A stretch of 64,000 bases of DNA from Mobula birostris (Eukaryota). Positions 46,941-59,561 of the stretch are shown here, in pieces (within the stretch, counting starts at the first letter, position 1; each line of letters begins with the position of its first letter). The notes under the pieces were generated by a model. The model was not told where the DNA came from and ran no database searches. It saw only the letters and a list, made by a program, of their open reading frames with translations. The stretch lies in NCBI RefSeq assembly GCF_030028105.1, contig NC_092378.1, positions 71,885,672-71,949,671 of the forward strand. The letters are read 5' to 3'. Made by a program: the position numbers and the translations under genes.

Positions 46941-48810
46941 CAAGCTTACTGTGGTGGCCCAGTCTGCGGTAGGAGCAGGCCACAGCGATGAGTTTTCTCA
47001 CAGGTTAGCGATGTTTGCTTAAAAGTACAGAAGGGACAAGCAGGGTGGCCATTGTTGGGAGTAGACCAGTGGTGAAGGTAGGATTGTCAGGCTTTGGGTC
47101 AAAAGAGCCTTCAGCTGGAAAGAGGTGTTGGCTCTGGGTAACCTTCTGTTGAGGTTTCCCTTTTTTTATTTTACTCTACTTAGTGTAGTAAACGGCCGTT
47201 GTGTGTTCTTCATGCCGGATGTTGGAGGCCTGGGAGACCCAGAGTCTCCCAGGGAACTACATCTGCATGAAGTGCATCTGGCTGCAGCTCCTTGAAGACC
47301 ATGTTAGGGATCTGGTGCAGCAGCTGGATGACCTTTGCCTTGTACCAAGACATCTGGCTGCTCTCCCTCCCCCTCCAAAATGCTGTGGACATGAGGAGAT
47401 AAGATCAGAGTTACAGGAAAGCAGTCATCCCAATGTTTCAGGAGGCAAGCAGTTGGGCGACTGTCAGGAGAAATGGAAATGTGAATAGGCAGTCAGTGCA
47501 GAGCACCCCTGTGGCCATTCCAGTCAATAATAAAAATACTGCTTTGGATGCTGCTGTGGGGGATGACGTCTCAGGGAAATGCCATGGAGACCAGGCTACT
47601 GACACTGAGTACATGTCTGCAGTGCAGAAGGGAAAGAGGGAGAAGAGGGGATCAGTAGTGATTGGGGGCTCAATGGTCAGGGGAACAGACAGAAGATTCT
47701 GTTGATATGAATGAGACACACGAATGACAGGTGCCAGGGTCAAGGACATTTTAAATCATGTTCACAGCATTTTGAAGAGGGAGGGTGGGCAGCCAGATGT
47801 TTTGGTACATATTGATACCAATGACATTGGAAGAAAAAGCAAAGAGGTCCTGAAAAGAGAATTTAGAGTGCTAGGTAGAAGGCTGAGAAGCAGGGCTAGC
47901 AGGGTAATAATTTCTGGATTGCTGCCTGTGCCATGTGCCAATGAGGGTAGAAACAGGATGATTTGACAGATAAGTACATGGCTGAGAAGCTGGTGCAGGG
48001 TGCAGGACTTCAGGTTCTTGGATCATTGGGACCTCTTCTGGAGGAGGTATGACCTGTTTAAAAGTGACGGGTTGCACCTGAACCTGAGGGGGCCCAACAT
48101 TCTCGTGGGCAGGTTTGTTAGAGCTGTTGGGAAGGGTTTAAACTAATTTGGCAGGAGGGTGGGAACCAGAGTGAAGGAACTACGAATCATAACCTACCGA
48201 ATGTTGAAAGGACTAGATCGGGTGGATGTGGAGAAGCTGTATCCTGTGGGGGGGGTTATCCTGAACTAGAGGGCACAGCCTCAAAATTGAGGGGCAACCT
48301 TTTAGAACTGAGAAAAGGAGAATTTTGTTTTAACCAGAGAGTAATGAACCTGTGGAATATTCTGCCACAGACAACGGTGGAGGCCAAGTCCATGGGTATA
48401 TTTAAGGCGGAAGCTGATCATTTTCTGAATAGTCAGGGCATCAAAGGATACAGCGAGAAGGCAGGCATATGGGATTGAGTGGGATCTGGGTCAGCCATGA
48501 TCGAATGGTAGAGCGGGCTCGATGGGCTGAATGGCCTAATTCTGCTCCTATGTCTTATTATTTTATGGTCTTATCGACTCAGGATAAGACAGATGGTAAA
48601 AAAGCAAAGATAGCATGCAGTCAAACTGTCAGGAAGGGCAGGCAGGTGATAGGACAAAATTGCAGCTGCAAGGTGAGTATCAGTGCATTAGGGATGCAGA
48701 GTCAAAAAAGGCAGTAAATACAGTACTCAAAGTGTTAGATCTCAATACACGCAGTATAAGAAATAAAGTGGATGATCTTGTTGCACTATTACAGATTGTC
48801 AGGTATGGTG
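46941..48810 (+). mobile_element. Degraded CR1 5' half (5'UTR, ORF1, start of ORF2)
   Basis: CSSCRM...CMKC, VIGGSMVRGTDRRFC, VHIDTND, DGLHLN, LNTRSIRNK. Confidence 0.85.
48182..48576 (+). mobile_element. CR1 3' end inserted in the ORF1/ORF2 junction of the preceding CR1
   Basis: RMLKGLDRVDVE...FNQRVMNLWN, ttatggtcttat terminus; ACT repeated at both junctions. Confidence 0.7.
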
Positions 48811-50590
48811 CTCTCTTCACTCACCCGATGAGGTAACCGTACCATTTGGCCATGGGCAGATGACCAGGTGGTGCTCAACCTTCACAGAGTGTTTCAACCC
48901 TTAACCACTACACTCTCCAGTTGGCGGGTCAGCAGTGATGGTCAAGTTACTGCCTGTCTGCTCCTGACTTCCAGCTCAACTCCTCTCGCCTGCTCCATCT
49001 CCAGCAAGAGGCTCTTCCAGCTTCCTCCCCCACCCTGTGAGCTGCTTGGTTCTTGCTCTTTTCATCGAGGCCCAGCACAGACAATAACCTCCATGCTGAC
49101 CTTCCTGGGACCCCTCTACAGCCAGTCTCCATGGGGAATAGCCACATCTGCCATCCCTTGTCCCTGCACTCCTGGACTAAGGACTGATACTTCAGGGCCT
49201 TTCTCTCGTGAGTCTCCCTGCATCCTTCCTCCCATGGTACTGTGAGCTCCACCAGGATGGTTTTCTTGTCTTCGGTGGACCACAGTACAATGTCTGGTCG
49301 AAGTGTTGTTTGCAAAATTTCCTGGAACTGCAACTTCCCCCCCTCCTCCACATCGACTCTCATCTCCCATGATTTGGCAGTTTGCAGCAGATTGGATTTA
49401 GGCCTCTTTGATATGACTGGCATGGCCCTCTCCTTGATGAAAATGATTGCTGTGTTTGCCTCTCTGCCAGCTGGACTCCTTTTGCACTTCTCCAGCTCCA
49501 GTGTGTCAGCAAGGACAGCAAGACCTTGTCGTGGAGCCACCTATATTCACCTTGTGTTAAAGCTGTTTTGCATTCTGACAGTACATGTGCCAGTGAACCC
49601 TGCTGATCACACAGCTTGCAGTTAGGGTCCTTTCTCAGCCCCCATGTGTGCAGCTGTGATGGTGCAGGGAGAGTGTCATACACGGAGCTCAGGAGGAAAG
49701 AAATGTGGAAGGGCTCCAGTCTCCAAAGCTCTACCCAAGTGATCTTGCCCTTGGGAAGATCCCTTTTTGTCTGGGCGCCCTGTGACCCCCAACTTCACTG
49801 CCTTTGATATCTGTCTTTCATCCTCGCGGTTCCATACCTTTGCCTGGACCAGTCACGCCTATCCCCTGCACTTGCACTCTTCCATTGATGGAAGTATGCT
49901 GAGCCAAGGCCTTGCCTTTTCAGGCGTGGGTTGCTAATGAAGTCTCTCAATTGCAGGGAGCCAAGTTGGCGGCCCACTTTCGGCCCGATCTTGCTGTGAC
50001 TCCTACTTGATTTATTAGGTTGTCATTGGAGCCCTTCAAAATTAACACAATTCTAGTCTTTGCCACCTGGAACTCCTCCACTACCGATGACAACGGGAGC
50101 TGTAGCTGGCCCAATCTTATGTAGGGCCCCACTGAATAAAATCTTGGAAAATACAAGTTCCCCATAACCACTGTAGAAGGCATCGAGAGGAAAGCCAGCA
50201 AGCACCAAGAAGAATATCTTGCACTCCACGCTAAGGAGGGAGATTGTCTCAAACTGGATGATTGTGGAGGAGTCTTGTTCCTTGGGAACAAAGCATCTTT
50301 CAGCCATTTTCCAGCTTGGTGGGATGGAACCTTTCATCCAAATCTCCCTCATTATCTTCCACAACCTCTGGAGGAATTTTGGGCATTTCTTATATACCTT
50401 GTCGGATATACCACTTGGTTCTGGAGTGGCAGATGACTTTATTCTCTTGATGATATCCTGGACCTTCTGTCACATGGGCTCCGCCACTTCCACCTCAGTT
50501 GTTGGGATTCTTGGTTGGGTGACTTTCGGATTGAATTCTAGTCACTGTGTGATACCCACAGAAATTTATCCATCTCCTGCTTTGAGCTGG
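48811..50590 (-). mobile_element. R2/Hero-like non-LTR element with restriction-like endonuclease, RT core deleted
   Basis: SATPEPSGI...YKKCP, YDTLP..LHTWG...CKLC...LAHVLSEC (CCHC), RW.HD, LRPDIVLW...LVELTVPWE...KALKY (PD-(D/E)xK), P.E.GCRG. Confidence 0.85.
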
Positions 50591-50594
50591 TTAG

Positions 50595-51550
50595 GGTTTC
50601 AAATGTTGAAAGGCCTAGGCAGCGTAGATGTGGAGAGGATATTTCCCTTAGTTGGGGAGTCTAGGACAAGAGGGCACAACCTCAGAATCGCTGTCGTGGC
50701 TATCCCTCAAGGTTGAGGATGATGGTCTTCGTTCTGTTGATCTACTTATGGGCTGTCAAGTGGCTTATGAGTCCAATCTTGGCTTTAAAAGTTTTTCCGC
50801 ATTTTGGACAGGTAGTTCCAGATGACAGATCGGGCTTTGGTTGTTGCCGCCTCTCTTTCCATTTTCTTCTAATTCTGCACATCTGTTGGCTTCAAAAGTT
50901 GCTGTTCCTTCTCAGATGATGGCTTGCCAGAGTTTCATGTCCTTGGCATTGGTTTCCCAATTGTTGATGTCGGTGTTACATTTCTTCATGTTGCCTTTTA
51001 AGACAACTTTGAATCTCTTCTGTTGTCCGCCTCTTTAAGCTGGGAGTAGAAGATTTGTTTCGGCAGACGTTCGTCTTTCATCCAAACAACATGACCACTC
51101 CATCTTAGTTGGTTCTTGATGACGTATGCTTCAATGCTTGTTGTTCCTGCTTCATTTAGCACACTGACATTGGTTCTTCTATCTTCCCAGCTGATATTTA
51201 AGAAGTTTCGAAGACAGCGTTGATGGAACTTTTCAAGTGCCTTCAGATGTAACAACCTCAGAATAGAGGGGCATCCATTTAAAACAGAGATGTGGAGCAA
51301 TTTCTTTAGCCATAGTGTGGTGAATTTGTGTAATTTATTACCACAGGCAGCTGTGCAGACCAGGTCATTGGGTGTATTTAAGGCAGAGCTTGATAGGTTC
51401 TCGATTAGACACAGCACTAAAGGTCACAGAGGGAAGGTTGGGGAGTGGGGTTGAGGAGGGAAAAAAATGATCAGCCATAGTTGAATGCCAGAGCAGACTC
51501 GAAGGGCCAAATGTCCTATGTCTGTTCCTGTGTCTTATGGAATTTTGGTC
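50595..51550 (+). mobile_element. CR1 3' end, split by an RTE insertion
   Basis: MLKGLGSVDVERIFPLVGESRTRGHNLRI resumes at 51252. Confidence 0.85.
50689..51251 (-). mobile_element. 5'-truncated RTE-clade LINE with 13-bp TSD
   Basis: LEKFHQRCLRNFLNISWEDRRTN...QLRWSGHVVWMKDERLPKQIFYSQL, C-terminal CPKCGKTF; ACAACCTCAGAAT at 50676-50688 and 51252-51264. Confidence 0.9.
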
Positions 51551-53169
51551 TAAGACAGCTGTGCAGTGTGTTGTCCGTATGTTTACATTCTTATTTCATG
51601 GAAAGTGGTACTGATGACAAAGTCGGGATTTATTAATTGTGCTCCGTGCTGAATGGCTTTTAGCTGGCACTTAAGATCCAACCTATTGCTAAGTGCCTAG
51701 GTTTACAGAGAGGCCTGACCCTGAACAGCGGTTTAATTTTATTCCCTTGAAAATGCTGGTGAAGCAGATGGGTTTTGCAACAATCCAGAGGTTTCATGGG
51801 CACCTTTAATAATGGAAGCTTTTTAATTAACTGATTTTAAATTCCTCACCTGCTATGGTGGAAATTCAACTCTTGTCTCCAATTCAGGCTTCTGAACTCA
51901 CTTGTCTACTAAGTCATCTAATGCTGCCGTATTGCATTTATTATAAGCAAAGAGCTGAAAGAAAGGAGAGATCCTGTGCTCAAAATTCTCTGCACAAGAA
52001 TTCAAATCAAATCTCTTGTTAGGCATTTGCTACCCCTTGTCCCCAACAGGTTACCGAGCAACTCTGCAGTGAAATAACTCTATCCCCACCTACAGTTTGA
52101 ATCTATATGCTGCATTTAGTTTTGCAGAAGATTACACATGAGCAAAAGCTCAAGCATTAAACAAGGGTCTTAGTGTTCAATATCACTTAACATGAGTCTA
52201 AATTAACTTTACTTTGTCCTTGCCTTATGAATAAAATATTAGTCTTATTAGTTTATAGAATACTATTAGGCAGGTGAGGATTTGAACTGTAAGCCAATTA
52301 GTCTTCCAGCTCTGGAGCTAAAGGAATGGAGAGTGAATGAAGTGCTGGAAACACCAATTCTTCCTGGATTGTATCATCAAGATTCCTGTCCGAGCAGCAT
52401 ACGCCGCTCAGTATACTGCAGAATTTCAACGAGCAATGCCCACTTTAACTAAGGTGAAAATAAATGGGCTGCAGGCATTGATGCTAAACTCACTGGTAAA
52501 CATGAATCTACTTTCTGCAAATGCTATTCAAATAAAGTACGGTTGGGGAAGAGAGCCTGGAAAAAGAAAACCTGCTGAGCTGAATCAATATCCTGGCACA
52601 ATCAGGCAGTGTGTCCCCATGTGTGTCATTGCTTCAACACAAGCCACTAAGATTCAAACAACTTGTGAGGGGCTTATCATATCCTGGAGCGTGCTTGTGC
52701 TATTAATCTGCATGAGGAAGAAAGAATCCCTTTTTATCAGCCTGTATAGATGCAAATTAAATATCTACTCCCGGCATCTTGTTTTTGTACATCTGGTTTT
52801 CCATTATGTTGAAATACTTGACATTCATTTGTTGACTGTGGCTTGAAAAACAAGCATTCCTCCACTTGTTGGTTCATCTGTGTTTGCAAAGAAATTCTTT
52901 TCTTTTCTGATTGAACAGTGCAGAGAACTTCAGAAGTATAAACCTTGGGTGTCAGCTCTACTTGTGTAATCCCAAAACACTACCTCAGGAGCAATGAGGA
53001 TCTCACAACTTCTCAGCCAATATGTATCACAAAGTAGTTGAATAGATTAGCTGATCATTAATCTCATCGGGCGCTGTGTCCCCTCTTGGAGGCTTCATTA
53101 ACTACCTTGCTTGCTTGTGCTGGAGCAGACCCTGTTCTTCAGAAGTCCGCTGTCAGAAAGTTCATTCTA

Positions 53170-53512
53170 CCTGGAACCTTCAAAAGGCAGCATCATCATT
53201 AAGGGTCTCCACCACCCACGACAAGCCTTCTTCTCACTGCTACAATCGAGGAGATGGTACAGGAGCCTAAAGACACACACTCAAGATTTTAGAAATACTT
53301 TCTTCTCCTCAACCATCAGATATTGGAATGGACAATGAACCCATGAATACTACCTCACTATTTCTTGCTCTCTTTTTGAACAACTTACTTAATCCATTTC
53401 TTATTATAATTTATAATATTATATATATATATTACACCGAACTACTACCTCAAAACAACAAATTTCACAACATATGCCAGTGATAATAATCCTGATTCTG
53501 ATTCTGATTCTG
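53170..53512 (+). mobile_element. Rex-type LINE 3' end
   Basis: FSLLQSRRWYRSLKTHTQDFRNTFF; (TGATTC)n tail. Confidence 0.75.
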
Positions 53513-54464
53513 TCTAGACTGATCCGTATCCTGCAGGAAAGCCAATTTTCCAAAGTGAATTCCAAAAACTGAAATAGGATTATGACCCATGACCTCGTAA
53601 AGCTGCACTACCCATCAATGAGATCATTCTGGCTCTGCTTTCCCACTTTGTGTCCATGTCCTTTACATCCAAATCTATTGAATGGATGAATGATTCACCG
53701 GACACACATCATGATATGCCTTTGGTACAGAGCCCTGAAATGCTGCAGCTTGGCTGCTGGTGTATTTTATATAATGGATAAAGGAAGGAATTTAGACAAC
53801 AATGAATGGGGAGAAAGAAATAAATATGCCTTTTAATTCACGTGTCAATGTCCAATATGACATTTGGTTGACCCAAGGATCCACCTGAGAACATTCACCT
53901 AAAGTTGAAGTGTTATTATCCCTCCTTAAGTATCCCTGAACAGAGTGTCTTTCTGGGTCATTTCAGAAGGCAGTTAAGAGATAACAACATTGTGGCACAC
54001 CTGGATTCACATATAGGCCAGAATTGGTAAACACTGGCAGCTCCCTGAAGGTCCATTTTTACAGCAACTTGTTAGCTTCAAGGTCAGGTTTTTGTAATTC
54101 CCAATTTATCATCCAAGTCCTTGAATTTAAATTCCCCAGTTTCAATGGTAGAATGGAAATGCATGTCACCAGGTCAATGGACCAGCTCTCTAGATATTAA
54201 TCCAGTAATTTAATCATTATGTTACCATAGGCTCCTGCATTGTCTCAAGTTTAAACAGTAATGCTGACTTTTCAGCATAATCCCATAAGAATGAATAAGG
54301 TTTAAGTTTTTCATCATTAGGTATCTCATGTGGAAGCAGCGTAACCCCCACTGACACACCCCACTTTTATTGTTTGCACAAGGAGATAATTTCCCATTTG
54401 CTTGTGAGAAACATGCACAGAATTGACATTATACTGTTACAAGAAAATATTGGAGACACAGCAC

Positions 54465-54900
54465 AAGAGCACAAAGAAACAGGGACCGAAGCATGCCACA
54501 AACTTGTTCAACCATTTAATATGACCATAGCTGTTCTATGCTGGCCTCAACTCTTCTATGCCATTTCTTCATACTCCTCCGTTCCTCAATCTATTAAATA
54601 TTTATCCATTTCCACTTTGAATGCTTCTAATGATCCAACTTCCACCACCCCCACAGCAGAGATTTCCAGAGATTCACCATTTTCTACAAGAAAAATGTCT
54701 ATCCCCTTACCTTGTTGTTATGTCTCTTTCTGTGAGACTCTGCCACAAGGACAAACATCCCAAAATCTGCTCTGTCAAGCCAGCTTTGATTCTTAGATGT
54801 TTGATGAAGGTCACCCTTCATTCTTCTAAACTCCAAGGAATACAAACCTAAACTATTTAGGACAAAGGTCTCATGTTGGGAATTGGCCTGGTAAATCTCC
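54465..54900 (-). mobile_element. Old CR1 3' end
   Basis: Degenerate caagagcacaaagaaacagg terminus; minus-strand LYSLEFRRMKGDL. Confidence 0.6.
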
Positions 54901-55011
54901 TGTTACCACTTACCTCATACACTAAGAGCTGTTACTGTTGCCCTAACGACTTTTCATCTCACCCTAAACTACAAGAGTGGGATCATGCAATCCATCAACA
55001 CATCTTATAAT

Positions 55012-55117
55012 GACACAGGAGATTCTGCAGATGCTGGAGGAACTCAGCAGGTTAGGCAGTATCTACAGAAAGGAATAAACAGTTGCCATTCTGGGCCAAA
55101 ACCCTTCATCAGCTGAT
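55012..55117 (-). mobile_element. PLE terminal-repeat fragment with hammerhead-like motif
   Basis: Minus strand CTGATGAAGGGTTTTGGCCC then the cagcatctgcagaatctc tail. Confidence 0.65.
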
Positions 55118-55864
55118 TGATTTATAGTGTATCTTTATCTTCTTTCAATCACATTAAGCAAAAAAAAATTGCATTTGCTTTACAAATAGACATGAACTAC
55201 ACCTCATCACCTTGGTGATGAAGTGTCTATAAAAGTGCTCAATTATCTTGTCATTTGGTTTAGAGAATAATGATTTATTTCTTTTGTAATAATACATTCA
55301 CTGATTAATGCATAGGCATAAAAATGTTTGTATTGTTAAGCATCCATGAGAGAAAACGGAACTAGAAAAAAGGGTGTTAATAGCAAGTTAATAACATCCC
55401 CATATAAACTCTTCCATCCCTATTTCAGGCACCTTCTTCAGCCTTATAATCTCCTCCTATATCTGCTTTCTCCAACTTTGATTATCCTTAAATTTAATCC
55501 AGAGTTGCCAAGACCCGTACTTTTCTAAAACTCTCCAACCCTGTATCCCGCTTTCCTCTATAAGCACACTCTTTGCTTGAATGCCTTTAGGGATGTGGAC
55601 GAGGTGGCTGAGGAGGTAAAGGACAGGCTGGAGTGTGTGTGTGAGGCTGAGTGGGGGTTTTCTGCTTTCTGTGTGAAATGTTGTAATTCATTTGTTGGGG
55701 GTGCACCCACAATGAGATCAGATGAATGAGGTTCATGAGTTTGGCCCAACAGAACAGACAATTGCTCAGAGTCTTAGGCTAAAATAACAGGAAAAAATAA
55801 AACATGTAGCATAAACATGTAAAGTAAGCAAACAAAACATGTAGAATCAAAATTGAAAATGGAA

Positions 55865-56499
55865 AGTAACATTGATTTCTCTAACATTGGTTAACCTCCT
55901 TATTCCCTTCTCTCTTTTTTCCCATTCCCTATTCTGGCTTTCCTCTTACCCTTTCTTTTCTCTGCACCTGCCTCTGGTGTCCCTCCTCCTTCCCTTTTTT
56001 CCCATTGTCTACTCTCCTCTCTTACCAAATTTCTTCTTCTTCACCCCTTTACCGCCCCCCACCTACCTTCCCCCTCACCTGGGCGTACCTATCATCTCAA
56101 CTAACACACACAAAATGCTGAAGGTTAGGCAGCATCTATGAAAAAGATTGCAGTCAACCTTTCAGGCCAAGGCCCTTCAGCAGGACTGGAGAAAAAATGC
56201 TGAGGATTTCAGGGTCTTAGCCTGAAACGTTGATTGTACTTTTTTCCATAAACACTGCCTGCCCTGCTTAGTTCCTCCAGCATTTTGTGTGTGTTGTTCC
56301 GATTCCCAGCATCTGCAGATTTTTTCTTGTTTGTGATTGGCTTACCTAACATCTGCCAGCTTGTACTCCTTCCACTTCCTCCACTTACTTAGTTAAGTGC
56401 CTTCCCCCTTCCTCTTCAATCCTAATGAAGGGCCTGAGCCTGAAACATTGACTGTTTATTACTTTCCTGAGATCCTGCCTGACCTGCTGAATTCCTCCA

Positions 56500-56547
<48 letters not shown>

Positions 56548-56550
56548 TGT
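55865..56550 (+). mobile_element. PLE 3' end containing a nested fold-back PLE-terminus element (~56097-56336)
   Basis: aacattgatttctctaac (GIY-YIG end, NIDFSN), pyrimidine tract, three hammerhead-like motifs; near-duplicate flanks ggcgtacctatcatct / ggcttacctaacatct. Confidence 0.75.
56503..56544. repeat. (GT)n microsatellite
   Basis: Direct reading; expanded from the tgtgtgtgttg of the PLE tail. Confidence 0.95.
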
Positions 56551-57492
56551 TTTAATCTATTCACCTACAGGTTTAAGTTGAACTGACTGACTTTTAATAT
56601 CTGTTTTCGTTTAGATCTTCAAAAAGCATCCAGTTAAAATTCAACATTCTGAGGTATTTCCCAAGGATTTTGGCACTTTCAAGAATTGCTCCAGAATAAG
56701 GTAAACATTCAATGTCAATACAGAGCTCAGAAAGGTGTGCTGACATTAACACTTAAAAACTAATAAGGTTGTGCTTAGCACTAAACTCGTACTTGTGCTT
56801 AAGCTCCAATGAAATAAAAGTAACCAGGCTGAATTAACTGCTTCACTGCTTTTCAGTCCAACAGCACAGAAATGTTATCCATACTTGTGGTTAGGATTCC
56901 CAAATACTAAACTCCCATGGTACATGATAAGATTAAGACTGAAGTGGTGAAGTATTACGTGCTGTGAAAATGTCAACAAGAGATGGAAATATACCCAGAG
57001 CAGTCAGAGGAGAAAACAAATTAATCAATTATTTTAGGTGTTTTCTGGTTGTCTTAATGCCTGATTCAGTATTATCTTCCTAAGTTGTCTCACCATCTGT
57101 TTAGAAGGGAAATACTACATATTGCTGAACAAGCTTGGTAAATAATTTACTATATTGAGCAGAGGACAAGCATTGCAATTTTGTTTAAAAAATCTATAAG
57201 GTAACTAACTGAATTGAAAGTCACAGCCATGATGTAATGGATAAATAATAGAACACAACGTAAAACTTCAGGAAGTTATATTGCAACCAGAAGCTGGCGA
57301 TGTTCTGGCTTGCATAGAGAATTCCAAAAATCACCAAGCATCTGTCAAGTATTATTTCATCCTCTGTAATTCTTTGGAATAGACAAACAAAAGGCCACCT
57401 GTAGAAACAAGATTTCCCTCTCAAAGATTTTTTAATATATGTAGAATGCTATTATGGTGCATTTCCAATGGAATCTCACTTCATTTTAATTT

Positions 57493-59560
57493 AGAATATA
57501 AAACATAGGACATAGAAAAACACAGCACAGTACAGGCCCCTCAGTCCACAAGGTTGCATAAACATATATAAACTTATTCCATGAATAAATCTAACCCTTC
57601 AATCCTATAAAACCTATAAATGTAATGGTCCGGATCGGGGTCTCTTTATTTTACTTTGTTTATGTTACGATCTGGACCGTTGACTCCCTGTTTCCCTTTG
57701 GTTCCCAGTTTTCCCATGTCCCTCGGCTTTGGTGATTAGAGGCAATTAACACTCGGCTGAACCGGTAGTTTATATTCTCCGGCTTTCAGCTGTTCGGCGC
57801 TAGACCATCTGCAAAGTCACCAAAGTCATGGCGTGCCAATGTCATCTGGCCAGAGCAAGCCCAGTCTCTGCCGAAGCGAGTGTTGGTAATTTGCCTTTCC
57901 TCACCGGAGCAACCCTGTCCAGTTACCTCGCCAAAGCGAGCCTGCAGTTTCCTCACCCAGGCGGGTCCGTCAGTTAACCCGCCGGAGGGAATCAAGAACC
58001 GCTGTCTACTGTTCCAAGTACCGAGTCAAGTCCTGGCCCTGGCGGCATCCAAATTCCGAGTCAAATCCTGGCCCTGGCGGTCTGTGATCCCTGTCTGAAT
58101 CCCTTCTCCTGGCCCTCTCACCTCTAGCCCTCGTCTGCAGCCCTCGCCTGCACTTCAGTCTAGTTCTATCGCCGGAGCTAGATAGATACTGTCTGGTGCT
58201 CTTTTGTGTTGGTCTTGTCTTGTCCTCACCTCTGTGCGGTAAGTCAGGCCATCTTGCCGTTGCCCTGTGGGGGGAGGGGGTCATGTCTTGTCTTGTCTTG
58301 TCCTTACCTCCGTGGGGTAAGTCAGGCTGTCTTGCCATTGCCCCGTGGGGGGTCATGAGTCCTGGCCCTATGTCCTGTACCCTAGGAGGGGTCCCGGCTC
58401 TCTATTCTGTGTGTGAGTCCTGGCCCTATGTCCTGTATCCAAGGAGGGGTCCCGATTCTGTGTTCTGTGTATGTGTCCATGGTTCCATGTACCTGCTCTC
58501 CCGAGACCGAGGCTCTGTGTTCCCATGTTCCTCCTCTCCCTAGCCTATGTCATGTCCATGCCTGGTTCTGGGGTCCGAGCCCGGGGCACGACCCAGGTAC
58601 TGGGTCCTTGCCCAGTCCCTGGCTTGGAGTCCATACCATAGCCTCTTCATGTTGCCTCTAGTTTTGGGATCCGATTCCGAGTCCTAGCCCAGACCCTTAG
58701 TCCCAGCCTAGTCATAGTCCTGAGTCCTTGTCCAGTTCGTTATTCCTGCTCCTGCCTTGCTCTCCTGGTTTAGAACAATAAACTAAATTTAATTAACCTC
58801 ACAAGACGTGTCTTGCATTTGAGTCCACCCTTGGTTCCAATGCCCCACCCCTGTGACAATAAACCTTCAATTTCCATAAATGTCCCTATTGTATCAGCAC
58901 CTACCACCACCCCAGGCAGTGCATTCCAGACATCCAAAACTCTCGATGTAAAAAGCCTATCTCTGATATTACCCCTAACTTTTCCTCCACAAGCCTAAAA
59001 TGGATGTGCTCTGGTACTAATCATTGCCAGTCCAGGATAAAGGCACAGGCTGCCCTTCTGTCTATGCATCTTATAAGGCAATATCAAGTCATCTCTCACC
59101 CTCCTTCACTCCAAAAAGAAAAGCACTAGCTTGTACAACCTTTCCACAAAAGCCATGCTTTCTAATCCAGAGAACATCCTGGTAAATCTTCTTTGTGTTC
59201 TCTCTAAAACATCCACGTTCTTCCTATCATGAGGTGACCAGGACTGAACACAATACTCCATGTATGGTCGAGCAAGAGTTTTGTAGAGGTGCTACATCAC
59301 CTTACAGGGCTTGAACCTAATCCCTCAACTAACAAAGGGCACACATCACACACCTTCTTAACCACCCTATCAACTTCCACAGCAACTGTGAGGAACCTAT
59401 GGACTTTTCACCTCAAGATCAACCCTTCCCTCACACTGCTAGGAATCCCGTCATTAACTATGATCTCTGGCTTCAAGTGTGATATTCAAAAGTGTAGCAG
59501 TTCATACTTTTCTGGATTGAACTCCACCTGTCACTTCTCTGCCTAGTTCCGCACCCTGTC
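57493..59560 (-). mobile_element. Old CR1 3' end, split by a solo LTR
   Basis: catagaaaaacacagcacagtacaggccc terminus; minus-strand RPYMEYCVQSWSPH...RFTRM. Confidence 0.75.
57621..58858 (+). mobile_element. Solo LTR (~1.24 kb) with 5-bp TSD
   Basis: TGT...ACA termini; ATAAA at 57616-57620 and 58859-58863; AATAAA near 58777; GC-rich with internal tandem repeats. Confidence 0.88.
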
Positions 59561-59561
59561 T

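Noticed and set aside
52337-52846. 169-aa ORF in unique DNA
   Set aside because: No recognisable domain or clear splice structure; an ORF this long can occur by chance in 64 kb
58010-58475. Repeat-spacer-like pattern suggesting CRISPR
   Set aside because: Eukaryotic LTR with contiguous tandem duplications, no unique spacers, no cas genes
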